This document shows positions 13,799-27,503 of a stretch of DNA of 64,000 nt, one piece after another (position 1 is the stretch's first letter; every line of letters starts with the position of its first letter). This DNA comes from Chiloscyllium plagiosum (lineage: Eukaryota): assembly GCF_004010195.1 (NCBI RefSeq), contig NC_057756.1, positions 2,978,776 to 3,042,775 of the forward strand. The letters are read 5' to 3'. The notes under the pieces are model-generated. The model searched no databases. It was not told the origin of the DNA and saw nothing but the letters and a program-made list of their open reading frames with translations. A program made the position numbers and the translations under genes.

Positions 13799-15160
13799 TA
13801 GAAGAAATTGTTTCCATTGTGTCCTTTCATTGCAATTAATATTTTCACTCTGTTTATGAAAATAAATACTGCTTTAAAACAAAGCCTAATTGACTGGGAC
13901 TTTTTTATTTGAAGAGGTTAGGTTAGTGTTGAACATTGGATCCCACATAACTAAACGCATATGGACCATTCCATCCAACCAGACCACTGCTGAAGTGTGA
14001 GCATACATGCCCACAGCACTGGACACAGTAACGCACAATACTCGCTGCTGCTATTCCAACACAAAAAAAAAACAACCAAAATGAAATGACCAGTCCAGAC
14101 CTAATACTTTTTCAGAACCTCGTGAACCAGACCTTATTGCTTACGACACACCAATTCAATTGGTATGATCTGTTCAGAAGAGCATCTTTCATCCCTCTGG
14201 CCATAAGATAAACTTGCCAAACTCAAAAATGTCCTTTTACATAACAGTTGTAAATCTCCTACTTGTCCTTATGTTATTTGATAGACCTTCATTCACCGTT
14301 ACACTGACTGGCTCCATGATTCAATCTTACATTGGTGGACAGGACATAATATCAGTTTACATTCCAACCATTTTGCAATGTCTGTGATGAGCATGGAAAT
14401 GACCTTAGTTTCGATCCAAATAACCTCTTGGCCATTGCATTACTCAGGACAGGTTAGATCCTCCAATTACCCGACAGAACACTGCCAGAATTGAAACACA
14501 TAGTCCACTCCTAAACCTGCTGGAATAAACAGGTATTACTGCCTGTTTCATGGTCCCCAGCACGTACCTTATGCACACACGTTGTTTTACAGTGACAAAA
14601 TATATTCCCTACTGATGCCTGAAACATTGCCACAAATGGTCATTAATTGCCCTGGAATCCTTCTGGTGTTCTGAATTGATCTATTTTTGATTCCTCTGAT
14701 AGATATGGTCATTTGTGTACCAGGAAGCAGGCAGGAAATCTGCACTAGAAAATAATTTAACATCATGTTTTGCTCAATGCATTTGCTCATTTACGTACAA
14801 CTGACGTCTTCCAGGTCAGTGTTGATACTGCCGCTAATGTGGACTTCATTTTGTATTCTTACCATGCATTTTATGATATTCAGCATTCACTTACAGTCGT
14901 TATTCGCCTTTTCCAACAGTTCACATAGACAAAACGTAGCAATTCCCAAATCCTGTTCAATATGCTCTTCACTTATTATATGTTTCATCAATAAACCAGT
15001 GTCACGACAAAAACCAGGAGCAGTAATTACTCAAATAAATATATTGTTTTGTTGATTTAACATTACCTTTTGAAGGAGGAAAAACAGAGTGAGACACATG
15101 TCGCTGTGTAAGCCTTCCAATCACTTCACCTAACAATGATCTCCACTTAGATTTTGCCAG

Positions 15161-15196
15161 CAAAATGCCTTTCATTCCCATTGAAACAATGGAAAG
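15161..15196 (+). CDS. Candidate 36-nt phase-1 micro-exon, (A)KCLSFPLKQWK
   Basis: gattttgccag| ... AAG|gtagga, open frame. Confidence 0.45.
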
Positions 15197-15611
15197 GTAG
15201 GAAAGAAGATTCGGTAATCCAACAGATGAAGAAAATCAGTTATTATGGTTAATCTGTGCATCTCAGCAACCATCGATATCATCTTTATAAAAGGCCTTCC
15301 GTCTGTTTAATACCAACAAATAAGTAGCAATATATTTTCATGCTATTAGATGTTCAATTAGTTTCACAGAGTGCCAAAAAGCATATTCTAGCCAAAGTCC
15401 ACTGTCAGATAATAATCATCTGTAAAATGACTTCAGACTGTATAGAGTTGAAACTCGCATAAATCCAAAATGGCAGTGGAGGAAATCTCGTTTTTGATGT
15501 TCTGAGGAATTTATGGTCAAGGAAGTGTCAATCGACGTGAAACATTAACTCACATCTCTCTCCATCAGGTGCTAACAGATCTGCTAATCTTTTTCTGACA
15601 ATTCCTATTTT

Positions 15612-16833
15612 TGTTGTGGTTCTGTTCGCCGAGCTGGAATTTTTTGTTGCAAACGTTTCGTCCCCTGTCTAGGTGACACCCTCAGTGTTTGGGAGCCTCA
15701 TGTGCAGCGCTTCTGTGGTGTTTCCACCGGCATTTATAGTGGCCTGTCCCTGCCGATTCCAGTTGTCAGTTTCAGCTGTCCACTGTAGTGGCCGGTATAT
15801 TGGGTCCAGGTCTATGTGTTTGTTGATGGAGTTTGTGGATGAGTACCATGCTTCTAGGAATTCCCTGGCTGTTCTTTGTTTGGCTTGCCCTATAATGGTA
15901 GTTTTGTTCAAGTAGAATTCATGTTGCTTGTCGTCTGCGTGTGTGGCTACTAAGGTCGTGGCGTTTCGTGGCTAGTTGATGTTCATGGATGCGGATCGTT
16001 AGTTGTCTTCCAGTTTGTCCTACATAGTGTTTTGTGCAGTCCTTGCATGGGATTTTGTACACTACATTAGTTTTGCTCATGCTGGGTATCGGGTCCTTTG
16101 TTCTGATGAGTTGTTGTCTGAGGGTGGCTGTTGGTTTGTGTGCTGTTATAAGTCCTAGTGGTCGCAGTAGTCTGGCTGTCAGTTCTGAAAAACTCCTGAT
16201 GTATGGTAGTGTGGCTAGTCCTTTGGGTTGCGGCATGTCCTCGTTCTGTTGTCTTTCTCTTAGGCATCTGTTGATGAAATTGCGTGGGTATCCGTTTTTG
16301 GCGAATACCTTGTATAGGTGTTCCTCTTCCTCTTTTTGCAGTTCTGGTGTGCTGCAGTGTGTTGTGGCCCTTTTGAATAGTGTCTTGATGCAACTTCGTT
16401 TGTGTGTGTTGGGGTGGTTGCTCTCATAGTTCAGGATTTGGTCTGTGTGTGTGGCTTTCCTGCAGACCTTAGTGGTGAATTCTCCGTTCGGTGTTCTCTG
16501 TACCATCACGTCTAGGAATGGGAGTTGGTTATCCTTTTTTCTTTCTCTCGTGAATCGGATTCCTGTTAGTGTGACGTTGATGATCCGGTGTGTTTTCTTT
16601 ATTTCTGTATTTTTAATGATTACAAAGGTGTCATCCAAATATCTGACCCAGAGTTTGGGTTGAATTTGTGGTAAGACTGTTTGTTCTAACCTTTGCATTA
16701 CTGCTTCTGCTATGAGTCCAGAGATCTGAGAGCCCATGGGTGTTCCGTTGATTTGTTTGTATATCTGGTTGTTGAATGTGAAGTGTGTTGTGAGGCACAA
16801 GTCCAGTAGTTTAAGTATGCTGTCTTTGTTGAC
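15612..16833 (-). mobile_element. Penelope-like element, RT plus GIY-YIG endonuclease, 5' truncated
   Basis: ORF 15919-16800 has GTPMGS and WVRYLDDTF (RT) and NVVYKIPCKDCTKHYVGQTGRQLTIRIHEH (GIY-YIG). Confidence 0.95.
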
Positions 16834-16843
16834 AACGCAAAGT

Positions 16844-17529
16844 CAACGGAATGAGGACATGCCACAACCCAAAGGACGAGCCACACTACCATACATCAGG
16901 AGCATTTCAGAACTGACAGCCAGACTACTGCGACCACTAGGACTTATAACAGCACACAAACCAACAGCCACCCTCAGACAACAACTCACCAGAACGAGGG
17001 ACCCGATACCCAGCATGAGCAAAACTAATGTAGTGTACAAAATCCCATGCAAGGACCTCACAAAACACTATATAGGAAAAACAGGAAGACAGCTAATGAT
17101 CCGCATCCATGAACATCAACTAGCTACGAAACGCCACGACCAGCTATCCTTAGTAGCCACACACGCAGACGACAAGCAAAATGAATTCGACAGGGACAAC
17201 ACTACCATTATAGGGCAAGCCAAACAAAGAACAGCCACGGAATTCGTAGAAGCATGGCACTCATCCACAAACTCCATCACCAAACACATCGACCTGGACC
17301 CAATATACCAACCACGACAGCGGACAGCTGAAATTGACAACCGGAAGTGGCAGGGACAGGCCACTATAAATGCCAGAGGAAACACCACAGAAGCGCTTCA
17401 CAGGAGGCTCCCAAGCACTGAGGATGTCACCTCGACAGGGGACGAAAGGTTTGCAACAAAACTTTCCAGCTCGGCGAACAGAACCACAACAATGAGCACC
17501 CGAGCTACAAATCTTCACCCAAACTTTGA
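16844..17529 (+). mobile_element. Inverted second copy of the Penelope 3' end (GIY-YIG plus terminal repeat)
   Basis: Near-identical inverted repeat of about 15612-16250; ORF 16736-17617 contains NVVYKIPCKDLTKHYIGKTGR. Confidence 0.95.
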
Positions 17530-17843
17530 ATTCCTATTTTTGTTTGTCGGAGACATCTCGAAATATCACCCGTCGCGGGTTGCAAACACTGTAAAAGTGA
17601 TAAATGCAAAAGTATGAAAGGTAGTTTCTTGGAAAGCACGACACATTTCAGTAAAGTGTCAGAAATAACAGATTTCTTGTAAATTTATATGGTACTGAAA
17701 GTTCAAAAGGATGAAGGAACCATTCATATTCAGATATTATTGACAAGGAAACTCACATACTAATAATCAACTGGCATCGTGTTTGAATAATATAAGGTTC
17801 AGCTTATTTCTATTAATTTGTATCTACCAATAATGTTCAACAG

Positions 17844-17870
17844 ATGACAGACTCTCTTTGAAGGAGGAAG
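17844..17870 (+). CDS. 27-nt phase-1 micro-exon, (D)DRLSLKEE
   Basis: atgttcaacag| ... AAG|gtactt; acceptor and peptide resemble the 6179 exon. Confidence 0.55.
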
Positions 17871-20014
17871 GTACTTAGTTCACAATACTCTCAACACCTT
17901 TCTCTGTTATAATTGACTTCATTTCCATTGTACGAATTATAATCTCTTCATTGTCACATAATCCGAGAATAAGAGAGTTAATGCATTATTGATTATGTTC
18001 CTTCCATAATGTCTCTATCTATTCTCTAACCATTTCAAATGATTCAAAATTGTTGCATACTCCTGTAAGGCTTCACTGTGTTTTTTCTTATTGCAAGTGA
18101 TCATTCATAATCCTCATGATCCCTCACGTTAAACGAGGTTCATCCACAGTTACTGATGCGTTGCCTTCCCGTATTAACTAATGGTGTGCAAAAAGAATAT
18201 GTTCTCTTAACACAATTCTCTCTTGCGAAATTTACACAATAAAGTGTATCAGAATGTTAGATGCGGACTCAAGATAATTGACAGCAATCCACGAAAATTT
18301 GAATGAGTTTTAAATTAAATTTTCTTTAAACATGACGTTGTCAGATTTGTACATTTGCCAATCGAAAATGGTAAAAAAAAATACTGCTCAGAAATCTACG
18401 GTTGTGATGTTGCAAATTCACATTGATATGCTGTTACCACTGCTGTACAGTGAGAGCAGATTCACCTTTGTTTACTTTACAAGCTTACCAGAATTTATTT
18501 TAGGTCATCTTCCTCTTAGTAAATTTGTTCATCAAGGCCAGTTACACAGACCAGCAAAATCATTGCATCTTTGATATAGAGTCATTGGCGTCCTTCTTTT
18601 TGCAGCACTTATGACTGCCTTTGCTCTTTGTATTGAAGTAATTCGATAAATTAAGCTTACTCGCAGTGACATTCTACTCCTTCGGAATTTTCTTAAAATG
18701 CTCTGATTATTATCAATATATGGCTCCAAGATACCTATGTTTATGATTGATTCCTGTTTGCAGCTGAACATGACGTGATTGTGTCCTGCCAACGAGTTAG
18801 CTGAATTCATTATTTGCAACATCTTCCTTAAGTCTCACTGAGACCCTATTGCCTGTTTGGAAAGTTGAATACACATTTATTTTGTTCCTGCTATTGACTT
18901 TATGCAAAGTCAAAGCCAATCTTACCCTTGATATTGCTTAATAAATTAGCTGCCAATTTCTTTGTAAAGATTACCTAGCTGTTGAGAATTCTGGTTCACA
19001 TGTGTTTATTGTGCTTCAATCAACCATGGTTTTTCTCGTGGAAGTAAATAAAACACGCCTGAAAATTGCATCTATCACTTTTTATTTTCAATAGACAATT
19101 TGCAGCGATTGTGGATCAATCGATAATATAATTTTGGTGATCAATCATATTTGCTTAAAAGAAGGAACGAAGAATCACAGTGTTGAAGATTGGCAGATGA
19201 TTGCATTTAATAGTGAGACATTGGATAGTTGACATAAAAGTGTAAAACATTCAAAATTCCAAACTATTGTGTACTTCAAAAAAAGATTGCTCAAATGTTA
19301 CTAATCATGATCTTCGATTGTTGTCGTTCATCTTCCTTCACAAGTGTAATAAATTTGCTCATGCTGTGTTTTCTTATTACAACTATTATCCTTAACTAGA
19401 AATTTGTTAGACATGACCTTGGTATTCCACTCAGAGATCCATATATTATTCATTGACTGCAATGCAATCAGTCATGTTGTGCGAAATTATCTCAGCACAT
19501 TAAACATTTTGCATTCAATTCATTTAATTATTCATTAATTTTGTTTAGTCCCAATGCCATAAAAATAATCAGTCCAAACAATTGACGCTTTGCACGCACA
19601 AACACAAACATAAAAATAATCTCCATTCCACCACCACCACCACCACCCTGTCCCCGCCCAGACCATGCAGAATGTTGGATTGCACACACACACACTCATC
19701 AATTTAATCAATGACCCTCTTGTTCATAGAAATACACTTTTGTTGCTTTTGTAATTGCTTTAATTTGCTCACTACCTTTCATCTTCGTTAGCATTATTTG
19801 GGTTACATTTTGCAGTATTAATCTTAGATTATGTTCAATCCTGCTGAATATAATATTTCAACACTTTTTGCAGAGGTTGCTTTTGCCAGTACTAACTTCG
19901 AACATTGACAGTTCATGTTCGAGAAATCACCAGTGACGTTTGCAGTCAATGCTTAGGCTTATGTAATTTAGAACTGTCGAAATTTGCACAAATAAAGTAT
20001 TTGTGTATAAACAG

Positions 20015-20038
20015 AGGATATAAGATTACTTACCAAAC
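20015..20038 (+). CDS. Candidate 24-nt phase-1 micro-exon, (E)DIRLLTK
   Basis: tttgtgtataaacag| ... AC|gtaaga, open frame. Confidence 0.45.
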
Positions 20039-20379
20039 GTAAGAAACATGTTTGATTAACTCCCAATTTAAATTGAAGCTATTAAAATGATGATGTGTAG
20101 TGGTAGACTTTGCTATTTTATTAATATTCCTTTCATAGTTATTTCGGATGGTCATTGTTGACTTAACTTGAAGTTTTTGTGGCAGTTTGTTTCAGGAGCA
20201 TGATTCATTCATGCATTAACTGCGCAAATTTTACAATAACTTATTGTGATCATTGCAATAACTTGCAGTTAAATCATGATTTGTTATGTAAGAGATTTGT
20301 TATTTGGCTTGTCACTTATGAAAGCCGATGCAATGATACTTTTTGCCTCCATCATAAAGTGCCATGCCATATCGTAACT

Positions 20380-21560
20380 TAATGTGGATTGGAGATGGTG
20401 TAATTCCAACATTCTATTCTCCGTGTCATAGTTCTGTGTATTTATTTTACTCGCTCCAGTTTAATAATGCATTTCTAACAGTAGAGAAATAAAATTCTGC
20501 AAAATACATCAAATCTAGCCTTACAAAGACTTGTACAGCTTTAACATGACGTGTGAATGTTTGTAATAAATACTCTGACAAATGAAGAGAGCCATATTGA
20601 ATGTTTTCTTCACTATCCGTCCTACATCGTTCCAAGGAACGATGGACCTGAACCTGTGTCTGACAATTGTCCCTTATCCCAACATTAATTGTGCAAGTTC
20701 TGCCTGGAGGGACACCCCAAAATTCACCATACCTCACTTAACTACATCTGCGATTCCATGGCCCAGTGCCCCAGATGATCAAATTCTCTACCGTTCACTT
20801 ACGTTTTGATCTCTGGCATCTATTATTTTCTAATTCTGACTCTTTGAAGTCATTGCTTTTTATCTGCTTGAATGCATTTGAGTCCATGTCATTTCCATGG
20901 TAAATACTGATGAAAAATGTTTATATAGGAGCCTGCCCTTATTTTGTGGATCCACACTTGGATGGTCTCGTTGACCTATATGTTATCTTGCTGTCATCTT
21001 AGTTACGCTTTTGACATAGTATACTTGTAGGATGTCTTTTGATTCTTCTTACCATATCCAGCAACGATAGCCTATTCCCACCGCAACTTGCTCTCCTAAT
21101 TTCCCTGTGAAGTCAACTCTTGGACCCCATACTCCTTGAGGGATTCGTTTGATTCCAAATGCTTCTACACGACAAAGGACTCCACCATATGTTTTAAAAT
21201 CAAAACTCTCATCATCTCTATTTACCTCGTGTTCCCTATTCTTGCCAGCCTTGCCTTTTCTGCAAATAGAAGTACAATGACAGGATTTTGTTATATCACG
21301 TTTAAACTTCTCCCACTTGGCAGATGTCCCTTAACATGTGAACCAACCTGCATATTTAAATTTTGAATATTCCTCTCTAATGATATCAAATAATTTTTGC
21401 CCTAATTTTGAAATTCAAATTATGGATCAGACCTCTACTTTTACAAACTGTTTTAAATGAATAGAATTGTGGTTATTATCTCAAAGTGCTTCCTCCGCTA
21501 ATACTTCAGTACTTTCTCCTGTTCTGTTTTTCTGCACAGGAGTTCAGGCGTTGTCCTTCG
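20380..21560 (-). mobile_element. Highly degenerate CR1 fragments
   Basis: Minus-strand remnants (QVQVHRSLE, FVRLDLMYFAEF) with CR1-like composition. Confidence 0.6.
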
Positions 21561-21994
21561 CATACGTTTAGAAAGTAGAAATCCCCATCAATTACAACCC
21601 TATTATTCTTACAAGTATCTTCAATTTCCCAAGATATTTCTGACGAAGTAACACGAGAAGAGAAACATTAACTCTGACTTCTCTCTACAGTTGCTGCCAG
21701 GCTTGATAAGTTTTTTCAGTAATTTTTGCTTTTGATCGTAAACATTTGCTCCATTCGTTCCAGTGACTATTGGAGTATCTATTTTAGAATCTCATCAAAG
21801 ATGTGCCCCTCTTTTAAATGTTCTGTTCTGTTCTGTGGACCATCGTCAGGAATATCATTTTTAAATTCTGATATGCTTTCTGCAACCAAAAATGCCATTT
21901 CCATCCAATCGTGCCACCCCTTCTATCTATCGTGTTGTACCTCTCACCTGGAGCATTGAGCTGCCGGTTCTAACCTCTTACAGCATTGTTTCTG

Positions 21995-24900
21995 TAATTT
22001 TTCATGGTTTAAAGAAGACACCTCCGATAATTTCCGAACGTTACCCTTATTGTATTTTTCTCGTTTTAAATGTAGATGTGCAAACTCGGTTCCAGATGTG
22101 ATGTGATGTGATGTCTACTAAAACACAATTTATTTCAACACTACAGTTAAAAAAAAACATTTGACAATTTAGAATGAATTTACTATTATAAAACTTAAGT
22201 GAATATTGGATACGGCACACATAATGAATTAAACTTCCGAGCACAGCAAATCTCATAAGCATACACCTTATCAGAATGATAAATTTAGATATAGACTCTT
22301 ACCCGCAGTTCTCCAGTATCAATATCAAGAGAAATTTCCGGGAAGTTCGAAGGCCAGAATTGTTAACTGAAGCTCGAACTCCTCAGGAAGCCCAAAAAGC
22401 TTCTGATTCCCATATTTTTCCAACATTGTTTTTCAAGAATACCTAAAGGCCTGCTAAGTTGTTGGTTCGGCCGTTTTCAGTTGCCAGTTCTGTACCTCTA
22501 CTTTAGCAAAGTTCCTTCAAGAAGTAAAAAAGAACAGGACAGCATAACCTTTTTTAAATTGACAGCATCGTCAAACCACACCCCTTTAAAACCATCAACA
22601 CACCGAAACGGCTTCATGTTAAAAGCTGTGGTCTTACTCTATTTGTACACTGCGATGCCTATACATTTCATTGAATCCATCAAACATTCACTGCCACATT
22701 TAGTCCATTTACTTCTGACAGCAAACAGCTCCATCTTTCTTCATCATTGCAAGACAACACGTCAGTAAACAGGGTTTGTCATACTCCAATGTGTATACTT
22801 TTCAAAGTGAGTGGCTGCATTAATTAGTGCCATTTCAAAAGTCTGGAATTTTCATGCTAAACTTTGACAAAAACATGGATGGGTCATGAAAATAAACGTA
22901 GTTGTCGCAGGCACATGCATTGTAAGATAATTGCTGAAATGTTGAGAAGGCAAATCAAGCTTAATGTTGCTCCTTTAATCGTTAAATATTTCTGTTGATG
23001 ATTATTTACTTTACTGGAGCAAACACACAATAGTTCTTTCTGTTTTCTCATCATCTTTCTGCAAGAGTACAGCAATGATGCCTACATCATACGCATTGAT
23101 ATCTACTTAGAATAGCTTTGTGAAATTATGTGTGACTAATGCTGTATATAGTGGTTAAAATAACTATCAGGCTGTCAAGTATGTTCTGACAGTTTGCCAT
23201 ACACTGAAATTTTCTGTAGTTCCTTAATAAGTAAGTCAGTGGAGCAAACACCCTGCTGAAATTCGGTAGGAACTTCGGATAAAACACAAGCAATCCGAGG
23301 AATCAAAGTACTGCATCTTCGATGGTAAGGGAAATGCCCATTATTTCTTTTCCATATTCTGTGGGACAATTTCTATTTATCCAATAACATGGTTCACTCA
23401 TCTCAACTGTGCTTTTGTAAATTCATGCTTAGCCAGTTTGATCACAATGCCTGCCTGCTGAAGCCGATCAAACATTTCCAACAAATTTTGCAAATATTAT
23501 TCCAATGTGTGACCAAAATTCATAGGTTTGTAGATGTGCAATACCCCATTCCTTCATGTGGAAATAACTGTGAAATGTGGCTAGCGAATATTTCTTCCCA
23601 AATGGCATAAATTTAAATTGTCATATTATAATTTGTTGAAAAATGTGGTGCTGGAAAAACACAGCAGGCCAGGCAGCATCCGAGGAGCAGGAGAATCGAA
23701 GATTCTGGCATAAGCCCTTCTTCAGGAATGAGCTCATTCCTGAAGAAGGTCTAAAGCCCGAAACGTCAATTCTCCTGCTCCTCGGATGCTGCCTGGCCTG
23801 CTGTGTTTTTCCATCACCACATTTTTCAACTCTTTTCTCCATCATCTGCAGTCCTCACTTTCTCCATATTATATTTTGTGTCACAAAAGGAAAAATTGTC
23901 TTCACCATTCCGGTTAAAGGTACTTGACTGCATCCTTTGAGTTTCTCCAACTTAGAAATGAAAGCTGCTTGTTCCAGCTTCTCAATGCAATCTTCGAAAT
24001 ATGGAATTGGATATGAGTCAGACCGTGCAACTGCACTCATTTGCTCTCGGTCTCTCGAAATTGTGGAGTGCCATCTGGTTTTGGTATCAGGGCGATGGGT
24101 GAGCTCATTTTGATTAGGATGTCTTTGAGCATGTGTTCAATCTCTTTTTGATCAATTGCCAAATTCAGAGGGTTATATCTATAAAGATTTTGCTTAATTG
24201 GACCTGCATTTCCTATATCTGCATTTCCTACATCCGCATTGTGATTAATTAGATTAATATTTCTCATCTTATCTCCGCATATATCCCCACACAATAGCAA
24301 TGACATGCTCAGGTCATTTTGGCTTTTCTCTGGACTGGATCTGAATAATGTATCGCTATTTTTGAGAATCACTTCATTGTCAAATTTAAGTTGAGGAACA
24401 TACAAATCCGAATACTGTGTTCTTGCTTATTCACACTCAGGAATGCGTATTGAAGTTGCTGGCTTTTTCATGCCTGAGATTTTCCAAAATTTTGACAATT
24501 TTGCAACTTCTGGCATAAATCAACTCCATCCTTATGCTGTCCAGGTCAGTAAAATTTTGTTTGCATTTTGGATTGTGTTTCTCATACTCATGTATGACCT
24601 CCAAATGGTAATTAATTTTCAACCCGCAGCACGTCCTTTTCATAAACTGCAAGTAATACAAGTTGATGAACGTCTACCCATTTCTCATCCGCTTGAACAT
24701 GTAATCTTATCATTGTCAGGACATCTTTTTAAAGATCGGATCGTTCTTGAACGCACTTAAATTCTATTCACTGTATGCTTTTTGAGACACTTATTTATGT
24801 TTTTCATCTTTCTGAAGTAGTTATGTTAATTACTCTAAAATAAAAATATCAACTTTGTTCTGCACCTGTTCTTTTGTCTCCGACATTTAATTAAGCATGG

Positions 24901-26685
24901 TCCCTGATAATGGTACTTCAACCTCCATGTCTTTATTATTTTATTTCTCCACCAACTTTGAGCCCTTGTCAGCACACAATCGGGAGAAATACTTGGATGC
25001 ACGTCCTATAAACCCTCCGTTTTTCACTGGGCTATTTACCACAGTCGGTAGTACTCCTATTTGTGATTCAGCCGTATTATTTACAAGGACAAATTGTATT
25101 CCTGGAGACGAGAGTTCCTCCTGACCTGCTGTCACTTGTTCGCAATTCTTCACTGGACTCCCCAAACTCACTTTAAAAAATCGAGAACATTTCGTGTCAC
25201 AATGGTAGATTTTTTTTTCCTCTGTCAATAACGTGCTTCTGAATGATACATATCCCCATGCTTAAACAGGAAAATTTGGCATGATTCTGTGTCTCTTAAT
25301 TTGTAATTTATTTTGCCTGATTCTGGCATCTATGGGCACATCTCATAATCAGAATTAAAAGGTTTACTAAGATGAAGAACATTCATCTCAACCAAACTCC
25401 GACTAAGTTGTACACTTTGATGCATCCTTTCCGCCCCTATTGTCCTTTCCTTTACCACGTCAAAAACATAACTGGCCTGTCGCTCTTTCCTACATCCGTC
25501 TTTGCAGTGTTGTTTTTTTCAAAACCACCAACGCTGTGACTTTATATTGCCTACATTATTGCAGTGAAAAAAAAACAAGAGCTTTACTTTCTTCTCTTAT
25601 CCCTCATGAATTTACTTCTTACTCTGTGGTAAGCTATCTTTATTAATTTTGATGTGATATCATTCATCTTTCCGACTTGAGGATTTCTTTTTCTCCTATC
25701 TCTATCCAGATTAAAAGTGATGTCGGAAGCCAAATTTGATTTATGAAGCAACTCGCATTCATTAGCCATTTCAGCTGATAAACTTGCATCTTGCACTCTG
25801 TGCTCTTCCATGTGAGTTTTCATTAGTTTGGGAAGTGAATATTTGAACTACTAACAAATACTCATACCTTCTTCCAGCCCCGAACAACTCTCAGTGACCG
25901 ACAGAGGCATTAATACACAAGGACTGAATTGCGCCTCGGAAACTAAAGACACTGGCATCTGCCACTTTCTTTTTTGGGCCCAAATTCCAACCCAACTTGG
26001 AATATCGATTTCGACCCGGACATGAGCTCACATTCTGTTATGAACGAGACCAGACCACCCCTTCAAAAAAATTCAACAAGATGGTCGCCTGCACCCTAAC
26101 TTTAAATGATCTTCAATCTGCAATGTATAGGTTTCCGATGGGATGCGATTGGTGAAACTACTCGACATGAAGAAAGGCACACTTTATTTCAATATTATAG
26201 TCAAATTACAAAAAAAGGAAGAGGAGTTCAGAATAACCGAACTATTGGAAAACTTAACCGAATAATAGATAAAGTACCTACACATAATTAACTGCTGCAA
26301 TCGTCTAACTTCTCATACCCCTCATCAAAAATGTAAAATAAGAAATAGTTGCTGACATACAATTCTCCAATGAAGGAGAAAATAATATTAGGTGAGATTT
26401 CGGACAAGATGGCAGCTAGGAATCATTGGCCAATACTTGGAGCTTTACTGCGATCCCAAATATCTTCTGACTGCTAAATCTATACAAAAGGTAAACGAGA
26501 GAACGTGTTCTATGAGAACTGGCCAATTCTATTCAAGTTTCTTCCATTGATCCAGCATTTCATTTCTAAAAAAGTGCCAATAAGTGGTTTAGCTCGGACG
26601 TCTGCAAAAGCCTCTGTCTGTAAAATCTCTCTTCGGAAAAGACAGAGGATAAAATAACCTTTCTTAAAGTGACAGATTTTCAACA
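21995..26685 (-). mobile_element. Degenerate Gypsy (Gmr1-like) LTR retrotransposon with both LTRs
   Basis: RT remnants (PIKQNLYRYNPL, SDSYPIPYFEDCIEKL, PFG..), integrase Zn-finger remnant at about 24470-24560, gag-like MKTHMEEHRVQDA, and diverged direct repeats at about 21995-22575 and 26036-26685. Confidence 0.8.
23635..23864. mobile_element. Penelope-derived 196-bp palindromic element inserted in the Gypsy RT
   Basis: Inverted arms 23635-23830 centred on gaatgag|ctcattc; flanking direct repeat catattata at 23622-23630 and 23865-23873. Confidence 0.88.
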
Positions 26686-27335
26686 ATAGCTATGATATGC
26701 CAATCACACTTTCACATCCATGCCCTTACCTGCCAAGCTTCTTGCATTGAAATACATGAAATTTAATGTATTAGTCTCCCTCGCTCTCTGCATGCTCTTG
26801 CCTGACTTGTCACTTTCACTTACTCTCTTGAACTTTGTATCAGCCTGCACATCCTTTGTCGCTTCACTACTGCTTAGGGTCTGACGCCACTGCGAGAATA
26901 CCTTAAGGAGTCCAAAGTGGTGTAGAAAATCTTACTGTCAGATATTGATCACTCCCACATCAAGAACAATTTCCTTGAAGGAAAGCGAAATCACTTCTTG
27001 CAAAATTGTTAGTGTTCGCAAATATTGCACTTTCTGGACACAAAATTTCAAATGTCTATCAATGCACTTCAACAGAAAGCACGTATAGTGAACAGAACCA
27101 CTATACATTCTGAGAAATAATATGAGAGGGCAAGAAATTCCAGGCAAATGATTTTAAAATATAGAACATTTACATTGCTTTTCTTAAGTAGAGTATACGT
27201 TATCTGGATAAATGAGACATATTGATTTAAATGATGCTGGAAACATCAAAGCACAGAAGACCATTACATTCAGAATGTCTTTCCCCACAGATTTTAAATT
27301 TCTCAGCTTTTATACAACACCTCCCAAACCTCCAG

Positions 27336-27362
27336 CCTTCCTGGGACTTATGGAAATCCCAA
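27336..27362 (+). CDS. Candidate 27-nt phase-1 micro-exon, xFLGLMEIP
   Basis: cctcccaaacctccag| ... AA|gtaaat, open frame. Confidence 0.35.
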
Positions 27363-27503
27363 GTAAATCATTCAGTCCAGAAAAGGAAAATCCTTTATGA
27401 ACTTATGAATGTTTTAAACAATAGGGCGTTGCCAACATATGTGGAATTTCTGAGCTTGAAAAGTATCGGATTTTTTATTGATGGATTTTCATTTTAAGCT
27501 CAG

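Noticed and set aside
16736..17617. 293-aa + strand ORF as a novel GIY-YIG gene
   Set aside because: It is a chimera of antisense RT sequence and the inverted Penelope 3' copy, not an independent gene.
22309..22344. Apparent 36-nt phase-1 exon VLQYQYQEKFPG with gttcga donor (also look-alikes at 22076, 22507 and 22722)
   Set aside because: It lies inside the Gypsy 3' LTR/UTR and aligns with about 26370-26410 of the other LTR. This shows that chance micro-exon look-alikes occur, so the weak candidates should be treated cautiously.
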